This document shows, one piece after another, positions 29,504 to 39,530 of a stretch of DNA of 64,000 nucleotides. The notes under the pieces are model-generated. The model was not told the origin of the DNA. It saw nothing but the letters and a program-made list of their open reading frames with translations, and ran no database searches. The stretch lies in IMG/VR virus record IMGVR_UViG_3300017914_002709, positions 20,698 to 84,697 of that record; one strand, given 5' to 3'. Both the position numbers and the translations under genes were made by a program. The DNA is from a virus. Within the stretch, counting starts at the first letter, position 1; each line of letters begins with the position of its first letter.

Positions 29504-30767
29504 AGAATATCACTTAAAACAAAATCCAGCGTTTTGTATATTGCCATGGATACACATGCATGCCTGGCCTAATGGCAAAGCATTACCTTGCTGTATTGCG
29601 GACAGTGATCAAAGTTTTGGAGACCTGAAAACAAACACTATAGAAGAAGTTTGGAACAGCGAACGCTATAAAGAACTACGTTTAGCAATGCTCAATGGCG
29701 AAAAATTAGATTGTTGCAGTCGTTGTTATGAGCTAGAAGATACCACATGGATTTGGACATTACGCAAAAACAGCAATGAATGGTTTGGCAACAAAAACTT
29801 TGACCTAGTGCAAAACACCGCAGAAGATGGCAGTCTTACTGATATGCGCATGGCTTACTTAGATATACGCTTCAGTAATATTTGTAACATGAAGTGTCGC
29901 AGTTGTGGCCCTGAACTTAGCAGTCTACATGCACAAGAACATGGCGAAATGTATGGCAAACACGAAGTTGCAAAAATGTTGAAAAACAACGGCAGCACAG
30001 TTGTAAACATTGCAAAAGAAAATAACTACTGGGAAAATTTACAAAAGTATTTGCCTGATGTAGAAGAAGTATACTGGGCGGGCGGCGAGCCACTAATCAC
30101 AAATGAACATTACAAAATATTAGACAGTTGGATCGAGTCAGGTAAAACAGATGTAAGATTACGCTACACAACAAACTTCAGCAATATGCGTTACAAAAGC
30201 AAAAGCATTTACAGTTATTGGGAACAGTTTGACGATGTGCAGGTAAGTGCAAGTTTAGATGCAAATGGCACTAGAGCTGAGTTTATGCGCAGTGGTACAG
30301 ACTGGCAGCAGATTGAACAAAACCGTATTGAAATGTTAGAGCGTGTGCCTCATGTGCATTTTGAAGTTACCCCAACAATCAGTTTGTACAACGTGTGGAA
30401 CTTTCCAGACTTTCACATGGATTGGGTAGAACGTGGATTGGTAGATATTGACAAGTGTAGATTGAATGTGCTTACAGGTCCAGACTTTATGCGCATTGAT
30501 TATATACCTGAAGAATTCAAAATAGAATTACGCAGCAAATACATTGATTACAAAAAATGGGCATATGAAAAGTGCAAGGATAATGATCAAGTGCGTGAAG
30601 TACTAGGACACATTGACAGTGTGTTACAGTTTATGAATATGGGCAAATACAACAAACAAAAATTGCGTGAATTCTTTGACAACAATCATAGATTAGATGT
30701 GCATCGCAAAGAAGATTTTTGGGCAGTGTTTCCTGAGTTAGGATGGTTACGTGAGCACATTGACTAA
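29496..30767 (+). CDS. Radical SAM enzyme, subfamily A
   Basis: FCILPW...PCC...CCSRC, CNMKCRSC, AGGEPL, FPEL. Confidence 0.9.
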   Translation: MDKEYHLKQNPAFCILPWIHMHAWPNGKALPCCIADSDQSFGDLKTNTIEEVWNSERYKELRLAMLNGEKLDCCSRCYELEDTTWIWTLRKNSNEWFGNKNFDLVQNTAEDGSLTDMRMAYLDIRFSNICNMKCRSCGPELSSLHAQEHGEMYGKHEVAKMLKNNGSTVVNIAKENNYWENLQKYLPDVEEVYWAGGEPLITNEHYKILDSWIESGKTDVRLRYTTNFSNMRYKSKSIYSYWEQFDDVQVSASLDANGTRAEFMRSGTDWQQIEQNRIEMLERVPHVHFEVTPTISLYNVWNFPDFHMDWVERGLVDIDKCRLNVLTGPDFMRIDYIPEEFKIELRSKYIDYKKWAYEKCKDNDQVREVLGHIDSVLQFMNMGKYNKQKLREFFDNNHRLDVHRKEDFWAVFPELGWLREHID

Positions 30768-31719
30768 GATTACACCTGTGGCAGAACCTTATGCTTGTTT
30801 GACTTGGCAAGTAAATAATTTCTGCAACTTTCAATGCAGTTATTGCAATCCAGGTAATTGGGCTGGAGACAATCGCAACAATGGCAGCTTAGAAACATAC
30901 AAACAAAACACAATGCGTATTTTTAATACCTATAAGGATAAAGGTTACAAACATTTCAAAATATTTTTCAGTGGAGGCGAACCTACACATTGGGAAAACT
31001 TTATTCCACTTGTAACATACTTGAAAGAACAAATACCTAACATCACAGTTGCAGTGAATACAAACCTGTCACGTCCTCTAAAGTATTGGCAAGAACACTA
31101 TCATTTGTTTGACGATATTGTTGCAAGTTTTCACATTGAATTTGCCAAGCAAGATAGATACATTGAAAATGCCAAGTTTTTGTGTGACAAGGTTGATTAC
31201 TTGTGCACTAAAATGTTGATGCATGATAAACGTTTTTGGGACGTAGTTGAGTTTGGTGAGCGTGTACGCAAAGAAGTACCCAACTATAACTTGGAATGGA
31301 CACCACTGTTTGACGAAATGAGTGTAAATGCAGGCCCATGGGAATACAGCGATCCTGTAAAAGTAAATTTTTTAGAAAACGCACAATTTGAAACTGTAAT
31401 GCGTGTGCCAAAACCTTATAAAGAAAGCAAAGCAGTTAGTGTTGCACATTATGATACACACACTGAGCCTGTAAACAGCAACACTATTATTGCAGATAGA
31501 CAAAACTTTTTCGCAGGATGGAAATGTTATGTAGATGACGCACTGTTTATCAATCCACGTGGTGAAATCAGTAGTGCTAGTTGTGGTGTAGGAAACAATC
31601 ACGGAAACATATTGGATAGTGACTTGACTTTTGATTTAAAACCTGTTATATGTAGTAAGTCACATTGTCATTGTGGTACTGATATTATTATACCGAAAGA
31701 ACCATATGAACTTAGCTAA
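30751..31719 (+). CDS. Radical SAM enzyme, subfamily B (C-terminal Cys cluster)
   Basis: CNFQCSYC, SGGEPT, C-terminal GWKC...SCG...CSKSHCHC. Confidence 0.9.
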   Translation: MSTLTKITPVAEPYACLTWQVNNFCNFQCSYCNPGNWAGDNRNNGSLETYKQNTMRIFNTYKDKGYKHFKIFFSGGEPTHWENFIPLVTYLKEQIPNITVAVNTNLSRPLKYWQEHYHLFDDIVASFHIEFAKQDRYIENAKFLCDKVDYLCTKMLMHDKRFWDVVEFGERVRKEVPNYNLEWTPLFDEMSVNAGPWEYSDPVKVNFLENAQFETVMRVPKPYKESKAVSVAHYDTHTEPVNSNTIIADRQNFFAGWKCYVDDALFINPRGEISSASCGVGNNHGNILDSDLTFDLKPVICSKSHCHCGTDIIIPKEPYELS

Positions 31720-32308
31720 CTGGACTAGATTTTACAAATACAACAATTTAGATAGAGTAGATCAAAACGCTGTATATACTCCGTATATCAGTCCTGATAA
31801 AGACGTATATTGCATGGACTTTAGCAATGCAAGCACATTGTTTTTCAACAATGAAGCAACATGGTTAGAACATGTGCAGAATGAAACATATGCACCAGAG
31901 CTTTTAGATATTGACAAACAAAACAAGTACATTACTTTTAAGTGGTACGATACAAGTGTAAATCATTTGATATTCAATCATAAATTTACACAACAGTCGC
32001 AAGCACAAGACACTTTAAATTTGTTAGAAAAGCAAAACATACTAAAACTAAACTTTGTACCTCATACTTGTTACATTGACAATGAAAACAACTTGCGTGT
32101 ACATGATTTTTATGCTTGTGCAAGTGCTAATGCACCTTTGATTGAAATGGAAAAAATTGCAGGTGTAATGAGCGGTGTTATAAAATACTATTATGAGCAG
32201 CACAGTGTTGATGGTATGGTCAGTTTAAAGAATGTGTATATTGATGCTATTCAACAAAATAGAGGAGGTTGGCCTGAATGTCTAAGTACAACTTTTCTCA
32301 CGTACTAA
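31706..32308 (+). CDS. Hypothetical protein, kinase-fold-like, paralogue of 54695
   Basis: APELLDID...KLNFVPHTCYI...RVHDF resembles kinase catalytic/DFG segments without the catalytic Asp; start moved to ATG 31706. Confidence 0.45.
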   Translation: MNLANWTRFYKYNNLDRVDQNAVYTPYISPDKDVYCMDFSNASTLFFNNEATWLEHVQNETYAPELLDIDKQNKYITFKWYDTSVNHLIFNHKFTQQSQAQDTLNLLEKQNILKLNFVPHTCYIDNENNLRVHDFYACASANAPLIEMEKIAGVMSGVIKYYYEQHSVDGMVSLKNVYIDAIQQNRGGWPECLSTTFLTY

Positions 32309-33006
32309 TCAACGGGTGTAGTCACAGCGCAGGCAGCGAAATAGAAGGCAGCGGTATTGGCGAAGGAAACTACAACCGCAACAACAGTTTTGGCGCACAA
32401 CTTGCAAAGCGTTTGGGTGTAGATTATACAAACATTGCATATCCAGGTGCTAGTAACGACTATATTGCACGTACAACCATGTATTGGTTGCTTGATAATC
32501 CGCAACTAGCAAGAAATACACTGTTTCTAATACATTGGACAGGTACAGATAGAACAGAATATTTTTATGATTCGGGTAACACAAGTGCATTTGATTTTAT
32601 TGAAAATGCACCTGATACTGATGTAGCACATTTACATCCGCAACATTATCCTGATTGGGCACCGTCTAAATGGAAAAAGAATTTAGAAGTTTTAAGTAAT
32701 CATTTGTTTATTAATCCAACACAATGGGATATAAACAGATACAATAATATCATTCAAACTCAAACACTATTGCAAGATTACAATTATGTTTTTAGAAATG
32801 CATTTCAATGTTGTGAAAACAAACCTCGTTACAAATACTATATTGATAAATTAAATAAATTTAAAAATTGGGATAACGCCGACGAAAGTTTTTACGACCA
32901 TTGCATTCATGCAGGATTTGATACAGATGGACAACAGTACTGGCATCACAAACTAGAAGCCCACACATATTGGGCAGAAAAATTATTTACTGAGCTTTTT
33001 GTTTAA
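32278..33006 (+). CDS. SGNH/GDSL-like hydrolase or acyltransferase
   Basis: INGCSHSAG, NIAYPGASND, terminal HHKLEAH. Confidence 0.6.
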   Translation: MSKYNFSHVLINGCSHSAGSEIEGSGIGEGNYNRNNSFGAQLAKRLGVDYTNIAYPGASNDYIARTTMYWLLDNPQLARNTLFLIHWTGTDRTEYFYDSGNTSAFDFIENAPDTDVAHLHPQHYPDWAPSKWKKNLEVLSNHLFINPTQWDINRYNNIIQTQTLLQDYNYVFRNAFQCCENKPRYKYYIDKLNKFKNWDNADESFYDHCIHAGFDTDGQQYWHHKLEAHTYWAEKLFTELFV

Positions 33007-34338
33007 TTTATTGTAAAACTTACTTAATTTTTCAATTTGATGATAATTGTGCAACAGTATAGGTAACATACGTTTGTACATTTTTTTCATTTGTTTTATA
33101 TCGTATCGATTTATTTCTTCAATTACTTCGGTAATTCTAGCAAGTCTATCTACATTACTTGTAATTTCGTCATAGTCTTCTGGCCAATAATCGTTGAATG
33201 TTATAAACCCCATTTCACGAAGCATAACCAGTGTTCCTGGTGCAGCACAGATTACAAACGGTCTTAATGCTTTGATTGCATTTAGAGTTTTTTCACTTAT
33301 ATTAGGCCAAGGTTGTGTAACACGACTTTCTTGTACTATGGCACAAAAACACTTTTCATAACTATCAACTGGATCTTGTGTTCTGCGTTGATTGTTTTGT
33401 GGACCTGTATTCCATTCAGGATCTCCACTGCTTGTACACATTTTGGGATTATCAACTTCAAAATGTAATGGTACCTGACGTTGCAATAAATCGTTACCAC
33501 GTAGTAGCTTTTCGGCTAATATTGGGTGTCGTCTGCTAAAATCTCTCCAATCAAACCACATGCGATTTTGCATTTCTTCATTGCTAATTTTAAAATAAAA
33601 ACTTATTTCGTTATCAAATGTCAATCCTTGAGAAGCTAAATGGCTTACAATAAAATGTCTACTTGGATCATATCTCCATGCACCGCTCCAAAACTTTTTG
33701 TGTATTTTTTTAGTTTCTATAGGAGGATATATGTCTCCTGGATGTAACCCTTTTCTATTGTATGTTTCTTGTAATTGGAATCTACTACTATACCAACTTA
33801 CAAAAAGATCCATACTTTTTAGTGTGATGTTTTTATATATAGTTTTGTAGTATTCCCAACTTCTGTGATCTGTACAATGCACATGTAAATTTATATTATG
33901 TTCTGCTGCCCAAGCATCAAGCGTGTCCAGTTCGTAACACCTAATTTTAGATACTTTTTCTGGCTCGTTGTCAATTTTCATAATATGCGGTTCTTCAACA
34001 CCTCTATTGTTTGGAATATAGTGTGTAAGTACTTCAAAAAAGAAAAAGTCAACTTGATTTTCTTGTAAGATTTTTTTATGTTTTGGAGTAACAAAAAGTT
34101 TGTCTAAATTAGGAATATTATGTGTGCCATTGTATATTACAGTAGGATTCGGATGCTGCATAATGAAACTTTCTTTGACCAAATCCATTAAGCCTTCTAT
34201 TTTACTAATCACAGTCAACGGTGTACGTTTTCCGTCCTTCATAATCAGCTCGGGTAAAAGTTTGTTCCTAGGAAGAAAGTATAATGCACCAAACCATTCT
34301 TGCAATTTTTGTTTCCTTTGATTTGTAAATAGTAGCAT
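32983..34338 (-). CDS. Glycosyltransferase-like protein (GT10/GT-B-like C-terminus)
   Basis: IVQES...ISEKTLNAIKALRPF...LREMGFITF...EDYD; shared with 37543 and 39509. Confidence 0.5.
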   Translation of the reverse strand: MLLFTNQRKQKLQEWFGALYFLPRNKLLPELIMKDGKRTPLTVISKIEGLMDLVKESFIMQHPNPTVIYNGTHNIPNLDKLFVTPKHKKILQENQVDFFFFEVLTHYIPNNRGVEEPHIMKIDNEPEKVSKIRCYELDTLDAWAAEHNINLHVHCTDHRSWEYYKTIYKNITLKSMDLFVSWYSSRFQLQETYNRKGLHPGDIYPPIETKKIHKKFWSGAWRYDPSRHFIVSHLASQGLTFDNEISFYFKISNEEMQNRMWFDWRDFSRRHPILAEKLLRGNDLLQRQVPLHFEVDNPKMCTSSGDPEWNTGPQNNQRRTQDPVDSYEKCFCAIVQESRVTQPWPNISEKTLNAIKALRPFVICAAPGTLVMLREMGFITFNDYWPEDYDEITSNVDRLARITEVIEEINRYDIKQMKKMYKRMLPILLHNYHQIEKLSKFYNKLNKKLSK

Positions 34339-34346
34339 ATTATTTA
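34326..34346. promoter_or_regulatory. Overlapping bidirectional late-type promoter pair TAAATA-N9-TATTTA
   Basis: + TAAATA at 34326-34331 and - TAAATA at 34346-34341, at the divergent junction 34338/34359. Confidence 0.6.
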
Positions 34347-34358
34347 TTTGGATTATAC

Positions 34359-35147
34359 ATGAGCGGACTTACTTTTAATAAAGACTACAAACTATTGGTT
34401 CATAACTCGATGATAAATCAAGAAACTGAATACTACAGTACTGATTCGGCAGATTTGTTTAGAAAAAACTTGAAACGGCATCCTAAAAATTGGGAATGGC
34501 GAAATAAAAAAGTAAGGTATAAGTTTAACAGTTTAGGTTACCGTACGAAAGAAGTAACAGATGTAAAAAGATTTATATTAGGTTTTGGATGTAGTTTTAC
34601 AGAAGGTGTTGGTTTAAACGAGCAAGAAGTTTGGTTGTACAAGTATGCTAAACAACTAGGTATCCAACATCTTAATTTTGCTAAAGAAGCAACCGGAATG
34701 GATGTTCAGTATTATAATACCCTATTGTGGAAACAAAACAAATTACCATTGCCGGAACTTGTAGTATGTCAATGGCCACAAAGATTTAGGAAGAGTTTTG
34801 GTTTTACAGAACAAAAAGATATCGTTTTACGAGATATGAGCGAAACACCAACAAAAGATGGTGTATGGTGGGGTAAACGATATATTGCAGACACAGCCGA
34901 AATGCAAATGAATGCACTCCAATGGTACCTAGGAATGAACAATACTTGGCAAAGTTTAGGCGTTCCTGTGCTGAATTTTAGTTGGGAAACAGATATTTGC
35001 AAACAACTTGAATGGACAGAATTTCCGTGTCATCATGTAGACCCGAGGGGCGTTGGTAGTATGCAAGCTAGAGATTGTGCACACGATGGTGAAGCATTTC
35101 ACGAATTAACAACAAAAAGTCTATTGCGAATCACGGACAAGATCTAG
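34359..35147 (+). CDS. SGNH/GDSL-like protein
   Basis: GFGCSFTEGVG, NFAKEATG, RDCAHDG (DxxH). Confidence 0.6.
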   Translation: MSGLTFNKDYKLLVHNSMINQETEYYSTDSADLFRKNLKRHPKNWEWRNKKVRYKFNSLGYRTKEVTDVKRFILGFGCSFTEGVGLNEQEVWLYKYAKQLGIQHLNFAKEATGMDVQYYNTLLWKQNKLPLPELVVCQWPQRFRKSFGFTEQKDIVLRDMSETPTKDGVWWGKRYIADTAEMQMNALQWYLGMNNTWQSLGVPVLNFSWETDICKQLEWTEFPCHHVDPRGVGSMQARDCAHDGEAFHELTTKSLLRITDKI

Positions 35148-36134
35148 TGTACAACAATGAAAACAGCCACCTAGTGTTCTTGCATGTCTGATTGGTAACA
35201 TTGCACATTCGATGCCATGCTTTTCTAATGCCTTGCGTGTAGGTTCTTGATGTTCTTCAAGTACAACAAGATTAGGATTCACACTAAACAAATTTACATT
35301 CCAAGTCCAAATACTACTATTACACATTCCGGGATAATGTCCTGCATCAACAGGATCAGGCGCCCAAATAATATCCCAATTATTAAATGGCGCAGGTAAC
35401 ACATCTTTATCTTTGATACGACTTGGATTAGCCAATAATAATCCTTCACGCAAGAATGCAATAGTACTATCGATATGCATGTAACTATAAACATTTTCAA
35501 GTGTGTGTACTTTTACATTAGATGTGCTTTCTAGATAACTTCTCTCAGGTTTGTTTATCCAGTCTTGCAAATATGTTGCACCTGCTTTGTTACCACTATT
35601 ACTAACAAGATATAATATGTCATCATTGGCTCTGATAGCATTAGCAGCATCAAAACAAGGTGCAACTTCAGTTAGTGCTAATTTGTCTGGGTCACCAACA
35701 CATGCTTCGTCGTATAACTCGTCAATCTTGTCAATACGCTGTGAAACTTGCACACCTGCAATATGTGGTAACATATGGTAAAATTCTTTATCTCTTGCAC
35801 GTAAACTCATAGGAGCTGCAAGCATTTTTTCACCATGAACAAATACAGTGTCTCTTGGACAATAATTATAATATTCTACTTCTTCTGTGCGTTGAGGTCT
35901 TACAACTTCAACACTTTCGCCTTCTAAAAATTTTACAAATTTTTCTAAGTCTTCGTTAGATTCATCTATAACTTGATCAGGATATGGGCCAGCCTTGACA
36001 TTGCTTACATCCTGTCTGTCTGCATAATTTATACAACGCAGACTTTTATCCATGGGAGGTATTTTAGCACCGTCGGCAACACCAACGACAACCTTTTTTA
36101 AAGTATCCCATTCATTGGCACTATAAATATTCAT
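35121..36134 (-). CDS. Amidinotransferase (glycine/inosamine-phosphate amidinotransferase family)
   Basis: YSANEWDTLKKVVVG, CPRD, HID and GGCFHCCTLD with the catalytic Cys. Confidence 0.88.
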   Translation of the reverse strand: MNIYSANEWDTLKKVVVGVADGAKIPPMDKSLRCINYADRQDVSNVKAGPYPDQVIDESNEDLEKFVKFLEGESVEVVRPQRTEEVEYYNYCPRDTVFVHGEKMLAAPMSLRARDKEFYHMLPHIAGVQVSQRIDKIDELYDEACVGDPDKLALTEVAPCFDAANAIRANDDILYLVSNSGNKAGATYLQDWINKPERSYLESTSNVKVHTLENVYSYMHIDSTIAFLREGLLLANPSRIKDKDVLPAPFNNWDIIWAPDPVDAGHYPGMCNSSIWTWNVNLFSVNPNLVVLEEHQEPTRKALEKHGIECAMLPIRHARTLGGCFHCCTLDLVRDSQ

Positions 36135-36144
36135 ACTATATTTA
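36124..36144. promoter_or_regulatory. Overlapping bidirectional late-type promoter pair TAAATA-N9-TATTTA
   Basis: + TATAAATA at 36122-36129 and - TAAATA at 36144-36139, 4 nt before the amidinotransferase ATG. Confidence 0.65.
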
Positions 36145-36153
36145 AGGAATTAT

Positions 36154-36984
36154 ATGGGTAGATTATTCACTTTTGGTTGTAGCTTTACAAACTACATGTG
36201 GCCTACTTGGGCAAACATTGTTGCATTTGATAGGCAAAAAGAACTATACAATTATGGACATGCTGGTTTAGGCAACGTTGGTATAATGTTACGTGTGTTA
36301 GAAGCTGATATGAAATGGAACTTTACCGACGATGATGAAATTATGATAATGTGGTCTAGTTGGACACGTGACGATAAGGTGCTGCAAAACACTTGGCAAG
36401 GCAACGGCAGTAGATTTAATCACATTGCGCATATAAAACAACTTGGAAAAACTTGGTCACCTGAAGATGATATTATCAAAAACGCTAGTGCAATGATTTA
36501 TGTCAAAAAAGCATATGGAAATTTAATAACATTTCAAGGCAACGGATTTACACCATGGATAGGTGAAGGTGCAACTGGAATTATTGATACAGCACTTTAC
36601 AAAGTTTTTGATAACGAAAAAGAAGTTGTTAAAATAAAAAACTTTTACCAAAAACATACTCCAAATATTCCTACAAAAAGTTTAGACAAAGTATCTACAC
36701 AAGCATTTGATTATGTAGCAGATTGTCATCCTGATATCAAAGGACATTTGCAAATTGTAGAAGATTTTGTTTATCCTAATTGTAATCATGTGATAGAACT
36801 CCGTCAAGAAACTAAAGATACATTTAATGACATACATGAAAAGTTAAAACAACGTTTAATGAAAGTTGGTGCAAAAACTCTTGATAAAGCACAGCCTTAC
36901 CCTGCTGGAATAATTCAAGAATTTTATCCTGAATTAGAAGATTTGTTTACAATACGTTCACTGATAGACGATATGTCAGGGTAA
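36154..36984 (+). CDS. SGNH/GDSL-like protein
   Basis: TFGCSFTNY, NYGHAGLGN, DCHP; AAGGA SD. Confidence 0.6.
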   Translation: MGRLFTFGCSFTNYMWPTWANIVAFDRQKELYNYGHAGLGNVGIMLRVLEADMKWNFTDDDEIMIMWSSWTRDDKVLQNTWQGNGSRFNHIAHIKQLGKTWSPEDDIIKNASAMIYVKKAYGNLITFQGNGFTPWIGEGATGIIDTALYKVFDNEKEVVKIKNFYQKHTPNIPTKSLDKVSTQAFDYVADCHPDIKGHLQIVEDFVYPNCNHVIELRQETKDTFNDIHEKLKQRLMKVGAKTLDKAQPYPAGIIQEFYPELEDLFTIRSLIDDMSG

Positions 36985-37532
36985 TCTTTCCATGTCCATT
37001 TTTTTGCTGGTGTTGCTATAGCAGCTGGTAACTTTTCTAATCCTAGTTGTGCAGTTTCTGGAGTCATATAGTAATGATAGCCTTGCTGGTAAATTGTTTG
37101 ATCCATCCAAGAACTATTTCTATGTCTGCCATCATATCCTAGTTTTATTAGTTCAGCTCTATCTAACGCACTATCACATAGTATCATACCAGCTCTGCCT
37201 AAACTTAGATGCTTTCTGTACTGAAAACTAATACACATGAATGTTCCTGGTATATAACTGTTTGGGCGCCAAAGCACAGCAGCATCATAGATATTACTGG
37301 TTAAGGCATAATATTCTTCCCATTTAGCATCAGTCCAACTTACATCGATACCAATTTTCCATGCTGTCATTGGTATACTAAGATATGTGTGCTTGGGTAC
37401 AGTTACAAGTTTAACATCTTTATAGCGTAAACAAAGCTCAACAGCATGAGTACAACAATCTGTGCTAACAGCATATGGAGCACCAAAGAATTCTGCAACC
37501 GCTTTCTCGAATTTATCTACTACTTCGAACAT
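36924..37532 (-). CDS. DegT/DnrJ/EryC1/StrS-family aminotransferase, short (202 aa)
   Basis: FEKAVAEFFGAPYAVSTDCCTHA, YDAAV, SFQYRKHLSLGRAGMI (PLP Lys). Confidence 0.8.
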   Translation of the reverse strand: MFEVVDKFEKAVAEFFGAPYAVSTDCCTHAVELCLRYKDVKLVTVPKHTYLSIPMTAWKIGIDVSWTDAKWEEYYALTSNIYDAAVLWRPNSYIPGTFMCISFQYRKHLSLGRAGMILCDSALDRAELIKLGYDGRHRNSSWMDQTIYQQGYHYYMTPETAQLGLEKLPAAIATPAKKWTWKDYPDISSISERIVNKSSNSG

Positions 37533-37543
37533 AATTATACTTA
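37532..37543. promoter_or_regulatory. Compact divergent element TAATTA/TAAGTA between start codons 10 nt apart
   Basis: - TAAGTA (37543-37538) is 5 nt before ATG 37532; + TAATTA (37532-37537) is 5 nt before ATG 37543. Confidence 0.45.
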
Positions 37544-38622
37544 TGCAGGACTACGAAACTGATGACAGATTTTTAAAACGATGGAAAGATAATTTTTTCT
37601 ATTTTGTATGGGGACCCAGTAATCCTCCTAATCTTTGGCAAGATATGCAAATATCAGAAAAGCCTAGAGGCTTGTATGTTATGGGTGTTGAAGAGTGGGA
37701 AGGTGCTGAATTGTTTCCTAATGTATGGGAATATTTTGCACTCAAAGAATATGCAAAAAATTACAACATTGATTTAAAAGTTTTTATTGGTGCAATCAAA
37801 GATCAAACATATAACTCACGCTGGCATTATAACAACGAAGATAACATTGTTAGTGTACCAACATATTTTGCAAATATCATAATTGATCATGCTATACAAA
37901 ATAATAGAAAGCCGTTAGCACATACTAAAATAGAGAAATTATACACAAGTATGAACGGTAGAGCACATCCGTGGCGATGTATGTTTATAGATGAAATGTA
38001 CGGCGCAGGATTATTTGATTATGGCAATGTAAGTTGGCATAACTTAGATAATTTTGAATTAGATTACGAGTTCAAACATTGGCAACCAACAAGTCTTAGT
38101 TTTGACAAAAATTTTGAAGGTTCTGATGGTATGTGTGATATATTTCGTCCTCCTGAAGAATTTCAAACAAGTTTATTCAGTTTTATTAGTGAATCAAATA
38201 CAAAATGCTTGTTCTATACAGAAAAAACATTTTTACCTATACTAAACAAGAGACCGTTTTTTATATTTGGTGCTCCTTATGCAAACACTTATCTAAAAAA
38301 TCTTGGATTTGAAATCTTTGATGAAGTAATTGATTATAGTTTTGATAGTGTAGATAACGATTTGCACAGATGTCAACTATACTTTGAACAAGCACAAAAA
38401 CTCTCGCAAATGTCACTTGACACATTACACAATACAGTGTATAGTAAAGTTGAGCACAATTTCAATCGATTACTCGAAATCGTTGAAAACAAAGAATATG
38501 TTCCTAAGGCTTTTGACAAAATTTGTAAACAAAACAAAGATAATATGTATGTTACAAATTATCATAGATTGTTAAACATAGGAAGCACAGAACAATACAA
38601 AGACTGGAAGTCAAAAATATGA
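37543..38622 (+). CDS. Glycosyltransferase-like protein (GT10/GT-B-like)
   Basis: FISES...YTEKTFLPILNKRPF...LKNLGFEIFDEVIDYSFD; start moved from 37462 to ATG 37543. Confidence 0.5.
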   Translation: MQDYETDDRFLKRWKDNFFYFVWGPSNPPNLWQDMQISEKPRGLYVMGVEEWEGAELFPNVWEYFALKEYAKNYNIDLKVFIGAIKDQTYNSRWHYNNEDNIVSVPTYFANIIIDHAIQNNRKPLAHTKIEKLYTSMNGRAHPWRCMFIDEMYGAGLFDYGNVSWHNLDNFELDYEFKHWQPTSLSFDKNFEGSDGMCDIFRPPEEFQTSLFSFISESNTKCLFYTEKTFLPILNKRPFFIFGAPYANTYLKNLGFEIFDEVIDYSFDSVDNDLHRCQLYFEQAQKLSQMSLDTLHNTVYSKVEHNFNRLLEIVENKEYVPKAFDKICKQNKDNMYVTNYHRLLNIGSTEQYKDWKSKI

Positions 38623-39530
38623 AAATTTTACTTACTGGAGCAAGCGGCTTCATCGGACAACATTTAAAACCTAGATTAGAACTCATAGGCGAAGTGCATT
38701 GTCTCAACAGCGATCTTAAAATGCATCATGCAGTAAAAGAAGAAATTGCACATGTAAAGCCAGATATTATTGTACACCTTGCTGCACGTACTGAAGTACA
38801 AGAAAGTTTTTATGAACAGGTTGAATTTAGTGAAGTAAACTATGTAGGAACTGTAAATCTCATTGAAGCATGTAGACAAGTAGATCCTATGCCTTATTTT
38901 GTTTTTGCAAGCACAATGGAAGTTTACGGATGGCAACCTATCAGCGATGAAGTAGAACAAACCGGAACTTATGTAAACAGTGTTGCATTTGACGAAAACA
39001 CACAGCCAAATCCAAATGCACCGTATGCTGTTGCAAAATATGGTTGTGAAAAATATCTTGAATATGCTCAACGTGCATATGGACTAGAGTTTGCAAGTTT
39101 TAGACAAACCAACAGTTACGGACGTAAAGACAATGATTATTTTGTAACAGAACAAATTATCAGCCAAATGCTAAAAGGCAACGAATGTAATTTAGGTTAT
39201 GGAACACCATTTAGAAACTTTATATACATCAGTGATTTACTTGATGCATGGATGGCAGTAATTGAAAATAGAGATGCCTGTAAAGGTAATTTTTACACAA
39301 TTGGTCCAGATGATCCTCGCAAAATTAAAACTTGCGCAGAATATATTGCTGAACAACTTGAGTGGACAGGCACTATCAATTGGAATACAAAGCCACCTAG
39401 ACATGGTGAAATTTATTGGTTGAACAGTAATCATAATTTGCTTACAAGTAAAACAGGATGGAAACCTAAGGTAAGTTACGAAGAAGGTATTGATAGGACA
39501 ATCCATCATTGGAAACAAATAATCAAATAG
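38619..39530 (+). CDS. NAD-dependent NDP-sugar epimerase/4,6-dehydratase (extended SDR)
   Basis: GASGFIG, HLAA, STMEVYG, YAVAK (YxxxK). Confidence 0.88.
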   Translation: MKILLTGASGFIGQHLKPRLELIGEVHCLNSDLKMHHAVKEEIAHVKPDIIVHLAARTEVQESFYEQVEFSEVNYVGTVNLIEACRQVDPMPYFVFASTMEVYGWQPISDEVEQTGTYVNSVAFDENTQPNPNAPYAVAKYGCEKYLEYAQRAYGLEFASFRQTNSYGRKDNDYFVTEQIISQMLKGNECNLGYGTPFRNFIYISDLLDAWMAVIENRDACKGNFYTIGPDDPRKIKTCAEYIAEQLEWTGTINWNTKPPRHGEIYWLNSNHNLLTSKTGWKPKVSYEEGIDRTIHHWKQIIK

